Assembly: GCA_038204425.1 (NCBI GenBank)
Contig: JBBRCZ010000002.1
Location: 220,222 to 284,221 of the forward strand
DNA from: Spirochaetia bacterium
Lineage (GTDB): Bacteria > Spirochaetota > Spirochaetia > DSM-27196 > Salinispiraceae
Length of the DNA stretch: 64,000 nucleotides
Direction of reading: 5' to 3'
Notes under the pieces: generated by a model
Seen by the model: the letters and a program-made list of their open reading frames with translations, nothing else
What the model was told of the DNA's origin: nothing
Database searches by the model: none
Made by a program: the position numbers and the translations under genes
Part shown: positions 58,852 through 64,000 of the stretch, piece after piece
Position numbering within the stretch: position 1 is the first letter of the stretch
Layout of the letters: the number at the start of each line of letters is the position of its first letter

Positions 58852-59397
58852 ATGAACTATAAGTTGTCACTACAAACGCATGCGCTAGAAAATCACTACG
58901 GCAAACAACAGGCCGCGTACGTAACGAACGCCAACAAACAAACAGTGGATACCGAGTATTCTAACATGAAGCTCGAAGAAATTATAGACAGAACAAGTGG
59001 TGCAATTTACAGCAATGCCGCTCAGGCATGGAACCACGCGTTTTATTGGCAATGTCTAACGCCTAAGGGTGGTGGACAACCCACGGTAGCAGTGCTCAAA
59101 GCCTTGGACACGCACTTTGGTTCATTTTCTCATTTTAAGGAAGCGTTCACCAAGGCCGCTAACTCCGGCCTAAGCTCCGGCTGGATATGGTTGGTGAAGG
59201 ATCTCGACGAAAACCTTGTAATTCAAAGCAAGGGCAACGCAGATACACCCATCAAAGACGGCTGCAAGGCCATCCTCGCGTGTGACGTTTGGGGGCATGA
59301 ATCTTTCATTGACAGTCGCAATAACCGGACTGCATACATTGAGGGGTTCTGGAAACTTGTCAACTGGAAGTTTGTCGAGGAAAACCTGAAGTCATAA
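58852..59397 (+). CDS. sodB: Fe-superoxide dismutase-like protein, degenerate
   Basis: HYGK, AAQAWNHAFYWQCL, SGWIWLV, DVWGH and VNW; N-terminal deletion and loss of conserved residues; AAGGAG RBS. Confidence 0.75.
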   Translation: MNYKLSLQTHALENHYGKQQAAYVTNANKQTVDTEYSNMKLEEIIDRTSGAIYSNAAQAWNHAFYWQCLTPKGGGQPTVAVLKALDTHFGSFSHFKEAFTKAANSGLSSGWIWLVKDLDENLVIQSKGNADTPIKDGCKAILACDVWGHESFIDSRNNRTAYIEGFWKLVNWKFVEENLKS

Positions 59398-59522
59398 AAA
59401 CAAAAACCATTTTTTGATTCACAGCAGGTTCTTAAAAAGCTGACTGGTTCAATCGTTATTTTGAAAAAAAAATGCAGTGTCTTGTGAGTATATTCAACAG
59501 CAATTCACTAAGGAGAATTATT

Positions 59523-59840
59523 ATGCCGGATTTTGGGACATCTTTTTCGGGCTTGGCAAATGGCAGAAAGCTTACCAAGAAAGAACTCGTGCGAGCGATC
59601 AGGTTTGCGATTGCGGCTGAGTATGAGGCAACGCAATTGTACACTCAGCTTGCGGAGTCAACTGACAACAAGATTGTAATTACCGTACTTAAGGATATTG
59701 CCGATGAGGAACTCGTTCACGCTGGAGAATTTCTCAGGCTGCTTAACGAATTGGCTCCAGAAGAAAGTACCCTTTACACAAAAGGTGTAAAAGAAGTTGA
59801 AGAAATGATTGCCAAGATGCAATCGCAACCGGGGAAATAG
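59523..59840 (+). CDS. Small ferritin-like/rubrerythrin-family protein
   Basis: RAIRFAIAAEYEATQLY and DIADEELVHAGEF; AAGGAG RBS. Confidence 0.88.
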   Translation: MPDFGTSFSGLANGRKLTKKELVRAIRFAIAAEYEATQLYTQLAESTDNKIVITVLKDIADEELVHAGEFLRLLNELAPEESTLYTKGVKEVEEMIAKMQSQPGK

Positions 59841-59852
59841 AGAGAGGAAAAA

Positions 59853-59915
59853 ATGCCAAATTTTTCTAGCGAAGAGCAGATCAATACTGACCTCTTGGCG
59901 TTTGTTAAGGAGTAA
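59853..59915 (+). pseudogene. 20-codon ORF MPNFSSEEQINTDLLAFVKE; probable deletion scar
   Basis: GAGG RBS and ATG; the C-terminal half resembles the xxNxDLLAF terminus of non-heme haloperoxidase-type alpha/beta hydrolases. Confidence 0.45.
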
Positions 59916-59918
59916 ACA

Positions 59919-61250
59919 TTGATTAAAATATTTATTCGGTATTCAGTGCTTTGGATTCTTATAGTCAGTTTTGCAGGGTGCAATAGTACTTCGCAACTCC
60001 CAGTGTCAAGCGGCTTTGGTGCAAACCCTGTGCTTCCACAACCAGAATCATCGCTTATTCCCACGGTAAACGTTGTGCAAGCTACCGGTTGGACAAACGA
60101 CCAAAAACCGATCGCAGCTCAAGGCTTGGTAGTGAATGCGTTTGCACGAGATTTGAATCACCCAAGATGGTTATATGTGCTCCCGAATGGTGACGTACTG
60201 GTTGCGGAAACAAACGCTCCAGAACGCCCAGAGGATGGAAAAGGAATCAAAGGGTGGTTCTTTAAGCACTTTCAGGAAAAAGCAGGAGGAGCGGTTGCGA
60301 GTGCGAATCGCATCACGTTACTTCGTGACGCAGACGGAGACGGAATCGCCGAATTGCGAAAAGTATTTCTCTCAGGTCTCAACTCTCCTTTTGGCATGGC
60401 CCTAATTGGAAATACATTCTATGTTGCAAATACTGATGCTCTGGTGAGCTTTGCCTATGCAGAAGGCCAAACCGAAATTTCCATTGGTGCCACCACAGTT
60501 ACCGAGCTTCCGGCTGGCCCGATCAATCACCATTGGACCAAAAGCATGATTGCATCTGCCGATGGGTCTAAGCTGTATGTTGGTGTCGGATCAAACAGCA
60601 ACATTATGGAGAACGGTATTGAGGCAGAGAAAGAACGTGCTGCCATCTGGGAAGTGGATTTGCTAACCGGAAGTCACCGCGTGTTTGCTTTTGGTTTGAG
60701 AAATCCAGTGGGAATGGCCTGGGAACCACAAACCAACGCTTTGTGGGTAGCGGTGAACGAACGTGATGAGTTGGGGAATGATCTGGTGCCCGATTATATG
60801 ACCGCGGTCCACGATGGTGCTTTCTACGGATGGCCTTACAGCTACTTTGGGTCGCACCTTGATACACGAGCAAAACCACCGCGCCCAGATCTAGTGGCCA
60901 AGGCCGTTGTTCCCGATTACGCTCTGGGTGCACATACAGCTTCATTGGGACTCACGTCCTCGCTTGGTTCTACCTTGCCTGCCAGGTTTGAGAATGGAAT
61001 GTTTGTGGGCCAACATGGTTCATGGAATCGTCAACCTCGGAGCGGATATAAAGTTATTTTTGTGCCGTTTGTCGGCGGTGTTCCGGCTGGAGAACCGATT
61101 GACGTACTGACTGGTTTTGTCTTGGAGAACGGCAATGCAATGGGTCGGCCAGTTGGTGTTGTTATTGACAAACATGGTGCCTTGCTAGTGGATGACGATG
61201 TCGGCAATACCATCTGGCGGGTGACTGCCATGAATCAGAGGAAGAAGTGA
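59919..61250 (+). CDS. Sorbosone dehydrogenase family (PQQ-type sugar dehydrogenase beta-propeller) lipoprotein
   Basis: FAGC lipobox; HPRWLYVLPNGDVLVAE, GLRNPVG, NERDELG, HGSWNR and GRPVGV. Confidence 0.9.
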   Translation: MIKIFIRYSVLWILIVSFAGCNSTSQLPVSSGFGANPVLPQPESSLIPTVNVVQATGWTNDQKPIAAQGLVVNAFARDLNHPRWLYVLPNGDVLVAETNAPERPEDGKGIKGWFFKHFQEKAGGAVASANRITLLRDADGDGIAELRKVFLSGLNSPFGMALIGNTFYVANTDALVSFAYAEGQTEISIGATTVTELPAGPINHHWTKSMIASADGSKLYVGVGSNSNIMENGIEAEKERAAIWEVDLLTGSHRVFAFGLRNPVGMAWEPQTNALWVAVNERDELGNDLVPDYMTAVHDGAFYGWPYSYFGSHLDTRAKPPRPDLVAKAVVPDYALGAHTASLGLTSSLGSTLPARFENGMFVGQHGSWNRQPRSGYKVIFVPFVGGVPAGEPIDVLTGFVLENGNAMGRPVGVVIDKHGALLVDDDVGNTIWRVTAMNQRKK

Positions 61251-61349
61251 GTAACAGAACAGTAAAAAACTCACTATCATCCAACTTTTATGTTGTTCTA
61301 AAAGGGATAGCAAAAATTTGGACAGGCTGTAAAGTCAAAGGGGTAAATT

Positions 61350-63392
61350 TTGAATAATAGTGATATAAACCATAAAGACATGGATCATCAGGATCATGAG
61401 CAGAATACAGGTCATCTTGACCACAATGCCCATCATCGAATGATGATCAAGGATTTTAAAAGGCGCTTTTATATAACACTGTTATTGACCCTTCCTATTC
61501 TGGCTCTGGCGCCCCTTATCCAGCAGTTTTTGGGATTTTCCTTTTCATTTCCCGGCTCCGGATATGTGGTTTTTGGACTGGCGACGATTACTTTTTTCTA
61601 TGGTGGCTGGCCATTCCTTTCCGGACTTGTTAAAGAACTGAAGGATAAAACCCCGGGGATGATGACCCTTATCGCTCTGGCCATTACAGTTGCCTACGTT
61701 TACAGCGGAGCAGTTACCTTTGGTTTAGGCGGAGCCCCATTTTACTGGGAGTTGGCGACACTAATCGCCATCATGCTCGCAGGACACTGGATTGAAATGG
61801 CATCGATTGTAGGTGCTTCATCAGCCCTAGAAAAACTTGCCAAACTGATGCCCTCCGAAGCCCATCGAAAGAATGGTGACAGCGTTGAGGATCTAGCTCT
61901 TTCAGAAGTTCACAAGGGCGATATTCTCGTTATAAAGCCAGGGGAAAAAATCCCATCCGATGGTATAGTGATCAAAGGAGAGAGCTACGTTGACGAATCC
62001 ATGCTCACCGGAGAATCGACGCCGGTAAAAAAAATAGTGGATGCGAGGCTTATAGGTGGTTCTCTTAATGGGGACGGCTCTCTTGAGCTCCGAGTTGAGG
62101 GCGCGGGCGAGGATTCCTACCTGAACAAAGTGATCAAGATGGTGGGAGAGGCTCAGTCTTCAAAATCAAAAACTCAGGCATTTTCCGATCGAGCTGCGTT
62201 TTGGTTGACCATTATTTCACTTTCTGTAGGAATCGGAACGCTTGTCATTTGGCTTCTGGTTGGGCAAGAATTACAGTTCGCAATAGCACGGATGGCAACG
62301 GTTATGATCATAACCTGTCCCCATGCCTTGGGATTGGCAATTCCGCTGGTAGTTGCAGTTTCTACATCCAAGGCGGCCCAAAACGGTTTGCTTATTCAGA
62401 ACCGTACAGCCTTTGAAAATGCTAGAAAGATAACTACAGTCATTTTTGATAAAACGGGAACATTGACAAAAGGCACATTTGAAGTTACGAGAGTGGATAT
62501 CCATGACACAAATTATGGTGAGCAGGAGATTCTCGAGTTTGCGGGAGCTGTGGAGTCGCTTTCAGAGCATCCAATAGGCAAAAGCATCGTCATGCGAGCT
62601 AAAGAGCATGGAATTGTACTGCCAGAAGTTGACGATTTTCAGGCCATTACGGGAAAGGGCGTGAGCGCTACGGTATCCGGTAAAAAGATTGAGATTGTGA
62701 GCCCCGGTTACCTGAAAGAACAAAATCTGGAGATCCCCGCAGGAGCAGAAGGCAAAGGCGGTATTACACGCATCTTCATTCTTGTCCAAGGTAAGGTCGC
62801 CGGATCTATGGCCCTGTCCGATACTATCCGTCCTGAATCTTATCAGGCAATTAAGGCTCTGCAGAAGCGAAATATTAAATGTTGGATGCTAACCGGAGAC
62901 AATAAAGAAACGGCAAAGGCCGTTGCTGATGAACTGGGCATGGATGGATTTTTTGCAGAAGTGATGCCTGATGAAAAACAGGCAAAGATAAAGGAGCTGC
63001 AAAGTAGTGGCGAATATGTGGCTATGACAGGGGATGGAGTAAACGACTCACCAGCTCTTGCTCAGGCACAAATTGGTATAGCAGTGGGATCCGGCACTGA
63101 TATTGCGGCGGCATCTGCGGATATTATACTGGTAAATTCCAATCCTTTGGATATTACGGCACTAATACTTTTTGGCCAAGCTACCTACAAGAAGATGGTT
63201 CAGAATTTGATTTGGGCAACTGGATACAACGTAGTTGCCATCCCTTTGGCAGCCGGCGTCTTGTATAATATTGGTTTTGTTCTGTCACCAGAACTAGGAG
63301 CCATTTTAATGTCGATTTCAACGATAATAGTGGCAGTGAATGCCAGGCTTTTACGAGTAAAGAAAGCAGAATTTAAGGAGAAAATTAAATGA
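61350..63392 (+). CDS. copB: Copper-translocating P1B-3-type ATPase (CopB-like)
   Basis: His-rich N-terminus, TGES, CPHALGLAIP, DKTGT, SEHP, GDGVND, YN and MSIST. Confidence 0.92.
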   Translation: MNNSDINHKDMDHQDHEQNTGHLDHNAHHRMMIKDFKRRFYITLLLTLPILALAPLIQQFLGFSFSFPGSGYVVFGLATITFFYGGWPFLSGLVKELKDKTPGMMTLIALAITVAYVYSGAVTFGLGGAPFYWELATLIAIMLAGHWIEMASIVGASSALEKLAKLMPSEAHRKNGDSVEDLALSEVHKGDILVIKPGEKIPSDGIVIKGESYVDESMLTGESTPVKKIVDARLIGGSLNGDGSLELRVEGAGEDSYLNKVIKMVGEAQSSKSKTQAFSDRAAFWLTIISLSVGIGTLVIWLLVGQELQFAIARMATVMIITCPHALGLAIPLVVAVSTSKAAQNGLLIQNRTAFENARKITTVIFDKTGTLTKGTFEVTRVDIHDTNYGEQEILEFAGAVESLSEHPIGKSIVMRAKEHGIVLPEVDDFQAITGKGVSATVSGKKIEIVSPGYLKEQNLEIPAGAEGKGGITRIFILVQGKVAGSMALSDTIRPESYQAIKALQKRNIKCWMLTGDNKETAKAVADELGMDGFFAEVMPDEKQAKIKELQSSGEYVAMTGDGVNDSPALAQAQIGIAVGSGTDIAAASADIILVNSNPLDITALILFGQATYKKMVQNLIWATGYNVVAIPLAAGVLYNIGFVLSPELGAILMSISTIIVAVNARLLRVKKAEFKEKIK

Positions 63393-63535
63393 TGAATGCA
63401 TGGGGTTACGATGGTAGTATGGGTTGGGGAATAGCAGGAGCAGTGCCGAGCGCACTGGACGTATTGAAAACACGATATGCAAACGGTGAAATATCTCAAG
63501 AGCAGTTTGTGAGTATCAAAAAAGATCTGAGATAA
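63389..63535 (+). CDS. 48-aa SHOCT-domain protein lacking the usual TM helix (not in ORF track)
   Basis: MMNAWGYDGSMGWGIAGAVPSALDVLKTRYANGEISQEQFVSIKKDLR; ATGA overlap with the copB stop and AAGGAG RBS. Confidence 0.7.
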   Translation: MMNAWGYDGSMGWGIAGAVPSALDVLKTRYANGEISQEQFVSIKKDLR

Positions 63536-63575
63536 GCTCCAAATTGCAAATGGCACCATACCTGAAAAGATTGAT

Positions 63576-64000
63576 CTATTCGTGTTCGAGCCACATAAAC
63601 TGATATGGGGCAAGACTTACGATAGCATCGGTGTCAATTGATTGATTTGAAATAATATCAAAAAAAGGAGAGTCTGGTCATTAGACTCTATTGCCTGCTC
63701 AAGCCATGTTTTACGTGTTGCAAGAGATTTTGGCAAAAGTGTCGTAAGAAGTGGATTGTATGAAAGCTGACACTCTTTCCGGGAAACATATTTTATCACA
63801 TCATCAGGATGTACTATGGCCTCAGACTTAAATACTATTGCTGGAACTGCAATCCGTGCAGCTGCATTAAATGCTTGGATTAAGGTATGTGCCTCTGGCA
63901 GGTTTTTGCAAGCGGTACCCATTTGCTTCCAGATAAAAGCAACAGCATCCAGCCGAATAATATCAACTCCAGTATTTGCAAGGAAAAGCAGCTCGCCAAG
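63576..64000 (-). pseudogene. Amylosucrase/GH13 remnant (continues beyond window)
   Basis: [21 protein letters not shown] and FKSEAIVHP joined almost directly to a frameshifted C-terminus DIISNQ..LAPYQFMWL. Confidence 0.78.

Noticed and set aside
59523..59840. Ferritin-like protein as encapsulin cargo
   Set aside because: No encapsulin shell gene adjacent and no recognisable C-terminal targeting peptide
61247..61357. 36-codon GTG-start ORF overlapping the sorbosone dehydrogenase stop
   Set aside because: No recognisable motif; cannot be distinguished from a chance open frame
151..63613. Many 60-210 aa ORFs antisense to or out of frame within identified genes (e.g. 13775-14395, 30069-30644, 34079-34708, 51625-52287)
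   Set aside because: They fully overlap well-supported genes and show no family motifs; they are shadow ORFs

Overview
Bacterial chromosomal segment, most likely from a free-living, sugar-using spirochaete. This is inferred from the short AlaRS ending at 'RRIRAVLE' with no C-Ala domain, the TatP-like DctP and spirochaete-style lipoproteins; it is not confirmed. Positions 1-45 kb are mostly intact metabolic genes: alaS 3' end, a TRAP transporter with an aldonolactone-oxidase-family enzyme, ppc, sufT-sufCBD-Rieske-sua5, a xylose/hemicellulose block (xylA, an atypical xylulokinase, tkt, galM, CE7 esterase, CE4 deacetylase, manA, AraC), an ArsR with a SulP-STAS-PTS EIIA fusion, and two paralogous large beta-helix/CBM/ricin lipoproteins whose core I cannot assign to a family. 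A LysR-controlled phnDCE/SAM methyltransferase/PhnA-like hydrolase/MFS operon follows. Positions 45-64 kb are an accessory mosaic: msrAB, HCF101-like Mrp, a pgl-gnd-zwf cassette, a complete sigma-54 two-component module with visible promoter and candidate enhancer sites, MarR-NmrA, a ferritin-like protein, a sorbosone dehydrogenase and CopB. This part is strewn with 'telescoped' gene remnants that have lost internal segments, most of them keeping both ends. No rRNA, tRNA, CRISPR array, integrase or transposase was recognised. All family assignments come from motif recognition by eye, with no database search.
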